Part shown: one piece after another, positions 13,516-26,271 of the stretch
Layout of the letters: every line of letters starts with the position of its first letter
Numbering within the stretch: position 1 is the stretch's first letter
Assembly: GCA_001724245.1 (NCBI GenBank)
Contig: MEDX01000001.1
Location: 1 to 64,000, forward strand
Origin: Fonticula-like sp. SCN 57-25
Lineage: Eukaryota
DNA length: 64,000 nt
Reading direction: 5' to 3'
Position numbers and translations under genes: made by a program
The notes under the pieces: generated by a model
What the model was told of the DNA's origin: nothing
Database searches by the model: none
The model's input: the letters and a program-made list of their open reading frames with translations, nothing else

Positions 13516-15125
13516 TTAGTGAGCGACGAACTGCTTCTCGGTCACCTTGCCGCTCATGGCAGCCGTGGACGAGACACCGCCCGAGACGGTCTTGAGGAAG
13601 GTGTCCACGTAGGCAGCGCCCGACCACTTCTGGTGCTGGAGGGTCTCAACGCCGTGCTTGCGCTCGACACGCTGGATGCGCTCGACGTAGGCGAGCATGC
13701 CGCGCTTGGCATAGTCGGCGGCAAACATGTCGATCGAGACAGCGTTGCAGTGGAAGCCGGCGAGGGTGATGAACTGCCAGCAGAAGCCGAGCTTGGCGAG
13801 GTCAAAGATGAAGGTCTCCATCTCGGCGTCGGTCATGCCGGCCGCATCCCAGTTGAACGAGGGCGACTGGTTGTACGCGAGCTTGGCGTAGGGGTGGGCG
13901 GCGAGGACACCGGCGGCGAACTCCTTGGCCTGAGCAAGCATGGGCTTCTTGGTCTCCATCCAGAGGAGATCGGCGTAGGGCGCAAAGGCGATCGAGCGGG
14001 CAATGCAGTACTCGGTGGCCTCGACGACGCGGTAGTAGCCCTCGCGCGGGCGGGGGGCATCCCACGACCAGTAGGGGAGGTTCTGGGCACCGCCAAGGAG
14101 CGTGGTGGCGAGCTCGACGGCATCCTCGTAGGCGAGGGTGCGGCTCTTGGCGAGCCACTCCTCAGTGGGCTTGCCGGCCGCGGTGAGGGCAGCGGCGACG
14201 GTCTCGCTGTAGGTCTTGAGGTTGGCAGCCTTGAGCCACTCCTCCTCGATGCTGGCGAGCTTGTCGCCGACGAGGCCGGCGCGCTCACCAGCCTCCATGG
14301 CGCGGACGAGCGAGAGCGGGGCGCGGACGGTCGAGCCGAGGATGAAGGGGTGGTCGCGCGAGTCGATGTTGGAGGTCAGGAGACCAGCAGCCTCAGAGTC
14401 GGTACGGCAGACGAGGACGGTCTCAGTGCCGAGCACGTCGAACTGGAGGCGGCAGGCAACGAGGCGGTTGATCTGCTCCTGGATGGGGACGAGCACCTTG
14501 CCGCCCATGTGGCCGCACTTCTTGGTGCCGGCAGCCTGGTCCTCAATGTGGATACCAGCAGCGCCGCGCTCAACAAAGAGCTTGGCGAGCTTGGCAGTGG
14601 CGGTGATGCCACCGTGGCCGGTATCGGCGTCGGCAATGATGGGGCGGTAGAAGTCGACAGCGGGGGTCTTGGCGCGGGCCTCGCTGGTCATGTGCATGCG
14701 CTCCTCGCGCTGCTTGCGGTCATGGAACTGCTGGGCCTTGAAGAGCTGCTCAACCTTGTTGGGCACAGTGTCCATGGGGTAGTCGGCAAGATCGGGTCCC
14801 GGCTCGTTGGAGGTCGAGGCGGTCGAGGACGACTGCCAGCCCGAAACGTAGATGGTCGTGAGGTACTTGGCCATCTGGATAACCTGGACGGGGTCGAGGG
14901 CACCAAAGGTGTGCGAGGTGGTGCCGTTGGCCTTGTGCTCCTCAAGCATGGTCCACAGCTTCTTGGCCATCACGTTGCTGGCATAGTCGGTCTTGATGGT
15001 TCAACAACCGACTTGGCGGTGTACGGGCGGTACACGTTCTTGAAGCGGGGCTGCGCCCACCACTGCTCGATCTCGGCGATCTCGGCAGCGTTGAACTGCT
15101 CCTCAGCGTCGGCGGTGGGGATCAT
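13516..15125 (-). CDS. ICL1: Isocitrate lyase, long eukaryotic form; reading frame broken at 15000/15001 in this sequence
   Basis: Catalytic [41 protein letters not shown]-terminal [20 protein letters not shown] is in a different frame from [16 protein letters not shown]; no introns seen. Confidence 0.95.
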
Positions 15126-15905
15126 CGTGTGGGTTTGAGGTAAAGATCGTAGGAGGAGGCCTGACGAAATTATGGGCGCTCTGCGGGAAAGCGTGCGTCC
15201 TTTTGTACTAGTCCTATGCGCGTGTTTATTAGTCAGGATCGTAGGTGTCCCCACATGCAATCATGTGAACCCCTATTCAAATCCTCATGTACCATAATGT
15301 TTCGAGTGGGGGACCCCAACCTCCGGGCGTCACCAGCCCCTCGCAAAAATCGTCTCTCCCTATTAAAACAACAAAATAGCCTCTAAAGACGCCAGAATGC
15401 CCATTTGATCATTGACCGACTCCAAAGTTCTATAATCAACACAGTGCCCAAATACCATCATTCGACGCTCCCCGTCGGCATCTATCCATTTATCGCGTTA
15501 ATACTCTTATAGAGCGCCATCCTCGGGACGCTCCCTAAGCTGAAACCGCCCGCCCAAAGCCCCCGCGCATGCGACCCTTCTGCAAAGCCAATAGTGTGAA
15601 AATGAATCAACATTCACAAGCACACAACGTGGTCCAGCATCCCTTTTCGGGCGAATTGTCCCAAAAAGGAATCGATCCAGTTCGACCCGATCGACAGCCG
15701 AATTAACCACGAAGCCACATGGCCACAAGAGTTTGTCTCACCCCTTCCCTCGGACTACAGGTGCGCCCCGAGCGATTGATTGGTAAGGGCGGCGGGTTGG
15801 GGGATTGGCCAGGGGAAAGCCTTCCTCCCTCTCTGCCTGCCCGAACTGCGAGCGAATGTGCTAATGAACTTTGCTGCCACTATAGCCGGAAAAGAAGTGG
15901 AAACC
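15126..15905. promoter_or_regulatory. Shared divergent promoter of ICL and malate synthase
   Basis: Non-coding, lower-GC interval between opposing ATGs; CCAAT boxes near 15589, 15779 and 15804; GC boxes near 15545 and 15787. Confidence 0.7.
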
Positions 15906-17708
15906 ATGTCGCTTCGCCAGAAGATCAACGCCCAGGTGGCCGCCGATGGCATCACCGTGCTCGGACACGTCACGGAGGAGTATGCCACGATCCTGACGCC
16001 CGAGGCGCTCCGCTTCGTTGCCAAGCTCCAGCGCGCCCACAACGGCCGCCGCCTCGAGCTTATGCAGCGTCGGTACGCACGCTCGGCTTATTTTACAAAA
16101 GGCGTGGCTAATGCTGTCTTGGTATTTTAGCGAGGTCCGCCAGAAGGAGTTTGATGCCGGTCGCGTCATGGACTTCCTTCCCGAGACCGCGCACGTGCGC
16201 GCCGGCAACTGGCGCGGCCCTTCCCTCGCGCCCGGCCTTGTCGACCGCCGCGTGGAGATCACTGGCCCCGTCGACCGCAAGATGGTCATCAACGCCCTTA
16301 ACTCGGGCACCCAGACCTACATGGCCGACTTTGAGGACTCGCACACCCCCACCTGGGACAACTGCCTCAACGGCCACATCAACCTTCGCGATGCCAACCT
16401 GCGCACCATCACGTTCTCCCAGAACAACAAGGTGTACAAGCTCAACAACAAGGTCGCCACCCTCCTCGTCCGCCCCCGCGGCTGGCACCTCGAGGAGAAG
16501 CACATCCTGGTCGATGGCATCCCGCTCTCGGGCTCGCTCTTTGACTTTGGCTTTTACTTCTTCCACAACGCCCACCAGTCGCTCAAGATCGGTGCCGGCC
16601 CGTACTTCTACCTCCCCAAGATGGAGTCCCACCTCGAGGCTCGGTACGTTTGGGCCCAACAAGTTAAGTGCCCTTTTTCTAACCCAGTGCGCGATTAGCC
16701 TCTGGAACGATGTGTTCAACATGGCCCAGTACGAGCTCGGCATCGCCCGCGGTACCATCCGCGCCACCTGCCTGATCGAGACGCTCCCCGCCGCCTTTGA
16801 GATGGACGAGTTCATCTACGAGCTCCGCGAGCACAGCGCCGGCCTCAACTGCGGCCGCTGGGACTACATCTTCTCGACGATCAAGCGCCTCCGCGAGCAC
16901 AAGCAGTTTGTGCTCCCCGACCGCGCTGACGTCACGATGACCGTGCCGTTCATGGCCGCGTACGTCAACCTCCTCATCAAGACCTGCCACCGTCGCGGTG
17001 TGCACGCCATGGGAGGTACGCGTCTGGGTCTGGTTGGCGTTGCCGTTTCTCACTTTCTCTTTCCCAGGTATGGCCGCCCAGATCCCGATCAAGGATGACC
17101 CGGCCGCCAACGAGGCCGCCCTCAACAAGGTCCGCAACGACAAGCTCCGCGAGGTCAAGGCCGGCCACGACGGCACCTGGGTCGCCCACCCGGCGCTCGT
17201 GCCGATCGCCATGGAGATCTTCAACGCCAACATGCCCACGCCCAACCAGCTCAACAACCTGCGCCTGGACGTGAACGTGACGGCCAAGGACCTCCTGCCC
17301 TACAATGTCGCCGGCAAGATCACCCTGAACGGCATCCGCGGCAACATCAGCGTCGGTGTCCAGTACATCGAGTCGTGGCTCCGCGGTGTTGGCTGCGCTC
17401 CCCTCTTCAACCTCATGGAGGACGCTGCCACCGCCGAGATCTCCCGCAGCCAGCTCTGGCAGTGGCTCAAGCACGGCGCCAAGACCGAGGACGGCCAGGT
17501 CATCACCCGCGACCTCATCAACCGCCTCCTCAACGAGGAGATGGCCAAGCTCAAGTCGTCGCTCGGTGCCAAGTACACCAGCGGCAAGTTTGATCTCGCC
17601 AAGGAGCGCTTCATCGCCACCCTCGACCTCACCAAGTACGAGGACTTTATCCCGTCGCTCTGCTACGACGACGTTGTCACCGTCGACCCCATCCGCTCCA
17701 CCCTCTAA
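15906..17708 (+). CDS. MLS1: Malate synthase (MSA type), 3 introns, C-terminal STL (PTS1-like)
   Basis: [84 protein letters not shown]. Confidence 0.97.
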
Positions 17709-17901
17709 ACTGGACCTCACATCAGCAACCTGATACTCTTATAGCATCATCAATAAACATCAGAATTATTTCCGAATTACACAGTCTATTTAGCAGATAC
17801 AACCGAGAGTTGGCCACAGTGCCGATTATATACAGATCACCTAACGTTATACAAACATACATTATACGCGGTCTTGCGTTCGTTGTGTTAATGTGTTTAA
17901 A

Positions 17902-20900
17902 TCACTGCTTGACATGGTCATAGCGGCACTCGCTGCCGCGGCGACAGCCCGAAGACATGTTGAAGAAGCGGCACGGAGCCTAGAATTCGCATACCAGTCA
18001 GCAAAAAATGGTTGACGGCGAGGGCGGAACGCACCCTCTTGCCGTCGCTTCTTTGGCGGTCGCGCGAGTCGTCCCTGCCGCGGTCCCAGCGGTCGCGGTC
18101 GTAATCGCGGTCATAGTCGTAGTCGCGGTCCCTATCGTGCCGGTCGTAATCGTACTGGCCCTGCGGCGGCGGGCGGTACGCGTCATGCTGATCAAACGGC
18201 GGCGGCGGCTGGGCAATCTGCCACGGCTCAAGAGGGCGGTGCTGGGGCTGCGTACAGAAAACATGAGCAAAGAAAAGACAGGCGAGCGCAGGTTCGCACC
18301 CAGAGATGCGGCGGGGCAGCCGGGTCAAACATGGGCGGCGGGAACGGCATCCCATGCGGCGGCGGCGGCCCGCCGGGCGGCGGCATAACCGGCTGGTACG
18401 CATCGGGATGGAACGGCGGCTGATGGGGTGGCGGCAGCCCGGGGTTGGCCGTGAGGCCCGCGAGATTGCCAACGGCGGCCGCGACAAATGCCGCAGCGGC
18501 GACGGACGTGGCGTGCATCTCGGGAATCTCGATGCACGTGGCGTCGTCGGCCGCGCCTAGGTCAGCAGCTTCGGTAGGCTCCTTTGGCGAGTCGGCGAGC
18601 AGGGCGCTCGACGTCATGAACATGGCAAAGCTCCCACGCTCGCGCTGAAGCTGCAACGCCGTCTCCGTGCTTTCGCTGCCGCGCGCCGGGAGATCTGCGG
18701 GGCCGACATTCTCAAGCGCTGTCAGGTGGGTTAGCAAGGCCAAACACGGCCACCGGCCAATCTGCGTACGTCGAGGGGTCGTCCACGGGCGCGCCTCGGT
18801 GATCTGCTTCTTGAGCGACTCGGCCTCCTCGCGGTTGAGGCGCCGCATCTCCAAGGAATGAGTGCCGCGCTGAGAGTAGCTGTCAGAGAATGTGGCACGA
18901 ATAAAAGCAAAACGCACATCGTGCTCGGCGGGGTCCGACTCGAACGTGCGGATCTGGGCCAGCTGGCCATCGGGCGCAAACGAAATGTTCCGCTTTGGTT
19001 TCTGTGGCATCAAATGGGGACTGTGAGATTCGAGGTGAAAGTAGTAGCTGAAATATGTACCTGGAGGCCAGGGCGGCGCAGGATGGACTTGACCACTCCG
19101 CCAGACCGCGGGACCGGCGCCGGCATCCGCTCCGAGGTGGGCGGCGGCGACACCGTTGGGGCCGGGTACGACCGCACATCGGGCTTGCGGTACGCCTCGG
19201 GCGGCGGCGCGTGGGTTGTGGCGGGCACCACCCCAGCAGCCGGGGCCGGCGCAGGCGCACGAGGCCCCTTGTCGGGCTCGGCGTGTGCCTGTGCGGGGCG
19301 CTTCGCGTCCTCACCCGGGTACGGGTGGGAGTCCTGGCGCGGACGCTTCTCATTTGATACTGCTTTTGCGAGCGCCGGCGGCGCTGGCCGCTTGGTCGGT
19401 TTAGAACTGGGCTCAGCTGGCAACGCGGACTTTTTTTCGGGTGCAGCGGCGGGGGCTTGCGGGCGAGGCTTGGTCGTTTTTGCGATGCGACTGATTGCGG
19501 GGAGGCTCGCCGGTTCGGCGGGAGCCGCCGGTGCATCCGGACCGGCAGAATCTGTCCGCTTGGCAATCTGCATATCATTGAAGACGTTTGCTACGGGCGA
19601 ATCATCAGAAAAATGGGCAAAAAATGGGGTCGGGGGGCGTACCCTGCGCCTGGGAGCGCTTAAACAGGAGCTGTGCGTCTGACTCTGCCTGTTGGGCCAT
19701 GCGGATTTCGTGTTCTTTCCGCCGCAATTCTTCTTCTTTGCGCCGAAGCTCTTCTTCGCGGCGACGCAAATCCTCGCGCTTTGCTGCTTCTTCACGCCGC
19801 CGGAGATCTTCCTCCCTCACTCTCAGCTCTTCCTCGCGGCGCTTCCGTTCCGCTTCGGCCGCGGCTACCTGGTCCACCTTGGGGCGCGCGAGAGCAGCCA
19901 TCGCCGGCGCCGGGGCGCCCGCAGACTTGACGGTGCTCTTTGCTACGGATGCTACGCATACTTTATGAGTCGATCGCGGCGGTGAACTCACAAACTCGTA
20001 CCATTAATAAGATTCATCCATCTGTCCATGAGGGTCTTGGTTAATGAAATAATTGCTGGAAAAGAGCATGAGCACGGCTATCAGAAATGCGCAAGGCAGT
20101 ACCTTCACTGCCGCTATCGCGGTTGAGCGACTTGATTGTTTTCCCCAGCTGATACTCGCGGATATCATCCAACGACAAAGGCAATAATGAAAGCATTTGA
20201 AGGATTTTAAGTACACCATCGTCGCTCTTGGCCGCCACTTGCCGACCAATCTCTTCCTGCACGGCGGAAAGGGGCTTGCCGCGAAGGAACCTACAGATGC
20301 TTCAGCGTGAGCAAAGTCGATGCTGGGCGAATCTAAGCGTACGCAGATGGAAGATCCGAGCCGCCTTGCGCACTGATGACGCCCGCAATAACAAGGCGAC
20401 GCAGAGAGCTTTGCTCGCTGACAAAAAGACGACCCAAGCCCTCGAACGCCTTTGGTGTTTTACTGTCGGTAATCGGCTTGAGCACGGTGACGAGCCAGGT
20501 GCGCTGAAAGAAAGAAACGAGTTAGGCCGGCCCCAATGCAGGTAGCGATCCAGCGTACGTCAAGGTCTCCGATGGGCGCCGCCGCTGGCGCAGCAGGCGC
20601 AGGGTTGGTCAAGCCTTCCTTTGCTCGTTTGGCGGCAAACCATTTTGTCACTTGGCCAAGATTCAGGCCAATCTCGGTTCCAAGCGTCGAGCGCATGGCC
20701 GGGGTCATGTGTGGGTTGGTGCGAAAAGCAGCCTCCAGGCGTGCAAGTTGCTCCGGCGTTTTCCGCGTCACGTTTGGGCGTCCTGATAAAGAACGGCGTT
20801 CGGCGGACTCTCCATCGCCAGGAGTAGGTGACCGGCTGCCATTGGCGCTCTCGTCACGGCCTACGTCTACGCTGTCGTCATCACTGAGGGGGTCCTGCGG

Positions 20901-21147
20901 CAGCGGCGCTGAAGACTCGGGCGCCACGCTCGGAGGAGGACCACTGTCTATTTCCATTTCGCCGTTGTCCAACGCGATGGACACCGAGCAGGGACTTGAC
21001 TAGTACGAGCAAACAAACTATAAAATTGGCGGGAAACGCAGTTTGGTTAGCGATGGGGATGCATCGACATGCGTTTCGAGAGAGATAAGACAAGTAGTGT
21101 GCCCAAGGAGTTCAAATATATACACATTTCGTTGCCTTCATGTCCAT
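17902..21147 (-). CDS. PNUTS/PPP1R10-like PP1 regulator with N-terminal homeodomain and C-terminal CCCH zinc finger (start approximate)
   Basis: Homeodomain RKTPEQLARLEAAFRTNP…LNLGQVTKWFAAKRAK; TFIIS-N-like LKILQMLSLLPLSLDDIREYQLGKTIKSL; KSILR plus RVxF-type KRNISF…QIRTFE; terminal CRFFNMSSGCRRGSECRYDH. Confidence 0.75.
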
Positions 21148-21742
21148 ATCTCCAGGCAAGCCGCGCGCGGCGACCTGCCGGTGATTATGTCACGTCGGCC
21201 ATGGCCGTCACCCCTGCCCCTGGCTGACACGGCCCATTTTGAGGTCTTCAGCAGCACCCAGACATACCTACGTGCGGTCTCACGAACTAGACGCACTTAC
21301 TGGCGGAAGGATGGGCCTTTGTGTTTGTCAATAGAGCACACTCTTTGAGCGATGGATGCTGGACCGACGTCTGCTGACAGTGGGATGCCTTTGGGCCGTT
21401 TGGTCAATCTGCCTGCTCCAAATGCCAGGCACACCACACACTACGCCACAACCAATGGGTTTAACCAACACTTTCAACCTCTTTGTCGCCAATCCGCTCA
21501 ATACACAGCAAGAGGGCCGCGCAGGAGCTCGGATGCGCGTTCGGGGGCTCTCCGGGCGGTGCTTGGATGCTTAGATGCGCTGGGCACACCGAGAATGCAA
21601 TTTGGCGAAATCGAAATGAATCCACCAAGGATCCGGATCCAATCCGACTATCATATCGCGTGAAGTTCTGTTGACCGTTCCCACCAGGCCGACTAGCGGA
21701 TTAGTGAGGGGGGCGTGAGAAACAGAGCGCGGTATCGCGGCC

Positions 21743-23601
21743 ATGAGTGAAATGAGCCGGCCTAGGGTTGGCTCGGCGCCAACCCAGGTGGACGTAAAAT
21801 TGTTGAATCGGCGGAGGCAGCGGACTCCTAGCGCGCTCCAGTCCCCGGTCGGAGATCTTGACGATGTACGAATCGGTAACCTTCGGGTGCCGTGTGTTTG
21901 CCCGATTTCTGACGCTCGTTGCCGCGCAGGTCAACGACGACGACGGATTTTCGGCGAATGTGGTGGGATCGCTGCCGAACGATACGCGCGCTAGCCGCTT
22001 GGCGTACAATCGGACAGGTTCGATGGAGGCATCGGGATCGGGCGGCGCCGGCTTTTATAGCGATAACGATGAGGCCTCGAGGCAGCGCAGTCGGACTCGA
22101 TCGGACGACATGTCTGAGATTTTCAGCGAAGTGCGCAGGGCGGGCGAGTCGCCTGTTCGGTCGCGCTTGTATGGCTCGCAGAGTGACGGCGAGGACCTTC
22201 AGCGGCGACAGATGGAGGACAGTCTCAGGAGGTGCGCGGCCGTTGTGCTTTTGCGAGAAAGTTGTTATTCTAACTGCCTTTCCAATAGGCTGAACACTGT
22301 GCAGTCAAATATGACCCCGTCTCGCTACCGCCACCAGCGGCACGAGCACAACACGATTAATTTCCCTCAGTATCTTTACCGCGGCGTCATGGTGCTCCGC
22401 AATGCGCTTGACCAGGAGTACGACATGTTTGACGTGATCCCGGACGAGATCGACCTTGATCAAAGTGTCAGCGGGTCATATGTGCAGCATCACATAAACA
22501 ATATCGACCTGGCATTCCGCGATGTGCACAGCAAGAACGTTGCGGCGCGCCCGCACAGCATCGCATTCTACTATTACATGCGCGCCAAGCAGGTCGATAG
22601 ATACGACTGCATTGCATTCATGACGTTTATGGTACCGACCGTTATGGCCGAAATGAACGCGATGCTGCAGCATAGCGGCGGCGACATGCCGCAGTCGTTT
22701 GACACCGTCTGCAGCGCCGGCCAGGCGGAAATCACCACGACGTTTGTCATCAATCACGAGCGCGAAGGTACGCCGGCCCTTCGATGACCCGCGCCCTTTG
22801 CTGACCGCTCTCTTCACTAGCTCGTTCGGCTTCGACGCAAGGATCGCCACCGTCGGCCACGGCCGCCCCCATGCTGGCCATCCCGACCATCAAGCAGATC
22901 ATGGTTCGCCAGGAGCTGCCCGACCCGTCAAAGGCGCTCACGGATGTCACGTTTGTGACCGAGCCCCGCCTATCCACAAAGTCGTTGCAGAACTTTTGGT
23001 TCAGGCTGGAGATTGAGAAGCGCATCGCCGGGCTGACCGATGACACGATGCTCTGGAGCCCCTTTACCCCCGCGGAGCAGCACATTAGCATGTCGGACTC
23101 TCATTTTTATATCGAGCAGGAGATTTCCCTGGAGAGTACGCGCGTGTTTCACGCCCGAATACCGTCACTAACCGCTGCGCGCAGGCTTTTCTATCCTTCA
23201 GGGGTCGCCATCGCACAAGGGCGTGGAGATGTGCGGCGCCGACCACGTGTATGCCTTTAGGTATTTCGTCCGCGAGCGCACCCCGGAAGACTCGTCGCTA
23301 TTTTGCATGGCCGATATCGAGCTGTCGCTTGCCGAGGTCGTGGAGGGATCGTTTGGTACGCCCAGCGCGCATTTATTCATTGCTTTTCTGACGAACCGGC
23401 TTGCTTTCCTCAGGCTTCCAGCGCTCGCGGGACCGCTTCAAGCTGGAAAAGTATGTTGCGTTTGGCCGCGTGCGCGTAACGTTCCACATGTTTGTGCGAG
23501 AGGAGCTCTCCCCGCGCCCAGAGTCGTCCGAGGTGTTTGCGTCACCCGAGCGCGGCAACTGGCTGCTCGAGCGCGTCTCGATCGGGATTCGGGTGACTTG
23601 A
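21743..23601 (+). CDS. Hypothetical multi-exon protein, no recognised domain
   Basis: Successive coding-like ORF segments separated by GT-AG introns with CTRAC branch points; ends ERVSIGIRVT*. Confidence 0.6.
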
Positions 23602-23807
23602 ACGAGCGGTGTATTTACGCGGGTGGGCGGTGTACATAGGAAGCGTTGCAAGTTTGGGATTATTGCTTATCACTGTTTTGTTTTCGCTGTGGAGTGTTGC
23701 TGCCGTTTCTCATTGAATATTGCGGACCAGCTTGATGAATAATACGGACCAGTCAGTATGACAAATCTTTCCTACATTACATAAAAATCTCCTATCACAA
23801 AAAGCGG

Positions 23808-26227
23808 CTAGTTTTGCCTTACAAAGAGCTCTGACAAATCGCCGGCGCCCCGGATGGCCAAGTTGTTCTCGTTGGCGAGATGCAGCAGGCAGATGAAGCA
23901 GAACGAGACCGAAATGTCCTTTAGCCTCTTCTCCGGGTAGGCGTCGCGCAGCGTCGACATGACCGAGCTGAACGGCTGCTCCGACTCTTCGTTCAGCGGC
24001 TCCACCTGCGTCTCCTGCCCGCTCTCCTCCACCTTGACGATCGTGTCATTCATCTTTGTCCAAATGTTCTCCTTGAGCTTCTTGACGTCCACCTTCTTCG
24101 CCGTCTTGGCAAACCCAATGGCCATCTTCTTGATGAGCTTTGGCCGCGCCACGAGGTCGCTGCCAAAGTCCGACGGGCCCGTCTGGTTCATGCCGAGTAA
24201 CGTCGTGTCGGGCGCAAAACCGTCGTCGTCGTCATCGTCGTCGTCAAACATCATGGACATGTTGCCGATGCCCATCGTCGTGTTGAGCGCGCTCGACTCT
24301 TCGGAGGGCCGTACGGGCCCCGTGGCGGCTACAGAAAAGGTGCCAGGTGAGCGTTCACGTGATCGAGTTATTCTGCGAAACCGAGACGTACTGCCGATGC
24401 CTCCCGAGCGGCCTCCCTTGTAGTTCACCCAGCTCGGGCGCGTGAAGAGCGTCATGAGGTCCTTGGGCGTGACTGCCTTGTCGTCGTCGGCCACGTCGGG
24501 CAGCAGGAAACCGCCGCCGCGCGAGCGGGCGCCGAGGTACATGGCCGCCGCCGTCCCCGCCGCAAACAGCTTCGCGGCCGAAATCGGCGGCTCTTCCGAC
24601 GTAAACGGCACAACAAACGGAACGCGCGCGCGGCGCTTGGTCGCGGGGGCAGTCGAGCGCGCGGTATTGCCCTGGAGCCCGGCGACAAACTGGCGACGCA
24701 GCCGCCAGTGCTCCGGCTCCTGGAACTCGGTGCCAAAGTAGGCGGTCGCCTGCGGGTTGCCAACGTCGGATTCGCGGGGCATCCCGCGAACCGACTCGTC
24801 GTCGCCGTCGTCGTCGCCGTCAGAGTCCAGCGGGCCGTCCATATCGCCGCCAAATCCTCCCGCTGCATTGCCGCCACATAGTTAGCGGACGCGTTAAATC
24901 ACAATGCGGCGTACGCTCAACGCCAAGGTCGGTGAAGGAGCGGTCCTCCATGAGCTCGGCCAGGTCGTCCATGTCGTCGTCGTCATCATCGGCGCCGTCG
25001 GCCGAGTCCTGGAGGGCCGCGGTCGTGCTGTCAGACAGGGACGGGAGCGCCTGGGCCGCGCCGCTCGTCGCTGTGAAGCGGTAGTTGTGGAAAGTGGGGC
25101 AAATCTTGAGCTTGTCCAGGGACGTGAGCATGTGGCCAAAGCGGTCTAAGGCAGCGTTGTGTGAGCACTGTGCCCTAAACAATGAGCGGCAGAGGCATAC
25201 CGCGCAAGAGCTGGACCATGTCGTTCATTGCCGTCATGTCGAGCGACGTCGCGGTGCCGCTTACCGTCATCGCGGGCACGTCGGAAGAGTCGAAAATGAC
25301 GCGGGCACGCCCGTCCGTCGGCAATGTGTTGAGCAGCAGACTGCTGGCGCCGCCCTCGTCAAACTCGGCGCACGTCTTCTTGAAAAGCGGGTCGCCAGAG
25401 AGCTCAGTGTCAAACTTTTTCACGTTCAGGTTCTCAATGGACGCTTCGAGAGTGTACCCAGCCCGAACAGCCTAGCGTATAGTCGTGAGCATCACTGGTT
25501 ATGCACCGGCGCAATCCCAGGCAACCACGTACCTTCTTCTTCTTCTGCTGGCGCTCGTTGGCGGCCTCCTCGTCGTCGTCGCCGTCCGCCCCATCGTTCT
25601 TGGGCGCGTCTACGCACACCATAAAAGTTAGACACACAGCCAAAAGAAGACAATATGCGCACCTTCCTGCGCGTTGCTCAGCCCGAGGAGAAGCTTGTTT
25701 GTCTCTGACGACACAGAGTCGACACGCGAAGAGTACACCTTGAGGCAGCCGTCCAGCGTGCAGCTCGCCTTTTGAAAGTTGATCGAATCGCCGTCACGGA
25801 ACAGCGCCAAGTCGTGGAAATAGTCAATGAGAGCAACGTTCCACGTATTGCTGGCGTTGATCTTGTTGTCGGTGCAGATTTTCATCCATTCCATGTACGA
25901 CATGGAGATCTCCTCCTCGCTGAGAAGATGGAGTCCAGGGAGCGGGGGCGCCTCCTCAACTGCGGCCACGGGCTTGTGCGGGGACGACGCCATCTGCACG
26001 CCCAAAATGCTCTTACGAGCCTTGCGAATGGCGAGGCCAACCGATTGGCGACGCTTGCGCTTCTCCTCGAAATCATTGTTGGCCACCAAGCGAGCACCGG
26101 TGCGCAGAGGCGACGCAGGCCCAAGATCGTTGAGCGACTTTCTCGGCGAGTCGTGAGCGGGCGCCTTACGTCCGCGCGGCTTGGTCAGCACAAGATCGTC
26201 CTCGTCCTCATCGCTTTCAAAGTACAT
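23808..26227 (-). CDS. NCAPH: Condensin I kleisin subunit CAP-H (Brn1/Cnd2)
   Basis: EWMKICTDNKINASNTWNVALIDYF, INFQKASCTLDGCLKVYSSRVDSV, DPLFKKTCAEFDEGGA, AKKVDVKKLKENIW, SVSFCFICLLHLANE. Confidence 0.96.
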
Positions 26228-26271
26228 GCCGGCCAGATTCGCTCGCGCTGCTGGCGTGCTTGTCTTGAAAG

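Noticed and set aside
14985..15015. Programmed frameshift or hidden intron in ICL
   Set aside because: Conserved residues are missing rather than interrupted; no slippery run or GT-AG intron fits
13432..15138. 568-aa ORF antisense to ICL (similar ones lie opposite MLS, UGDH, G-alpha and RPT2)
   Set aside because: Explained by strong codon bias of the sense gene removing antisense stop codons; no recognisable protein features
15306..15566. CreA/Mig1 SYGGRG sites in the ICL/MLS promoter
   Set aside because: A degenerate 6-mer is expected by chance at this GC content
21290..21320. U1 snRNA-like ACTTAC start
   Set aside because: Lacks ACTTACCTG and downstream U1 features
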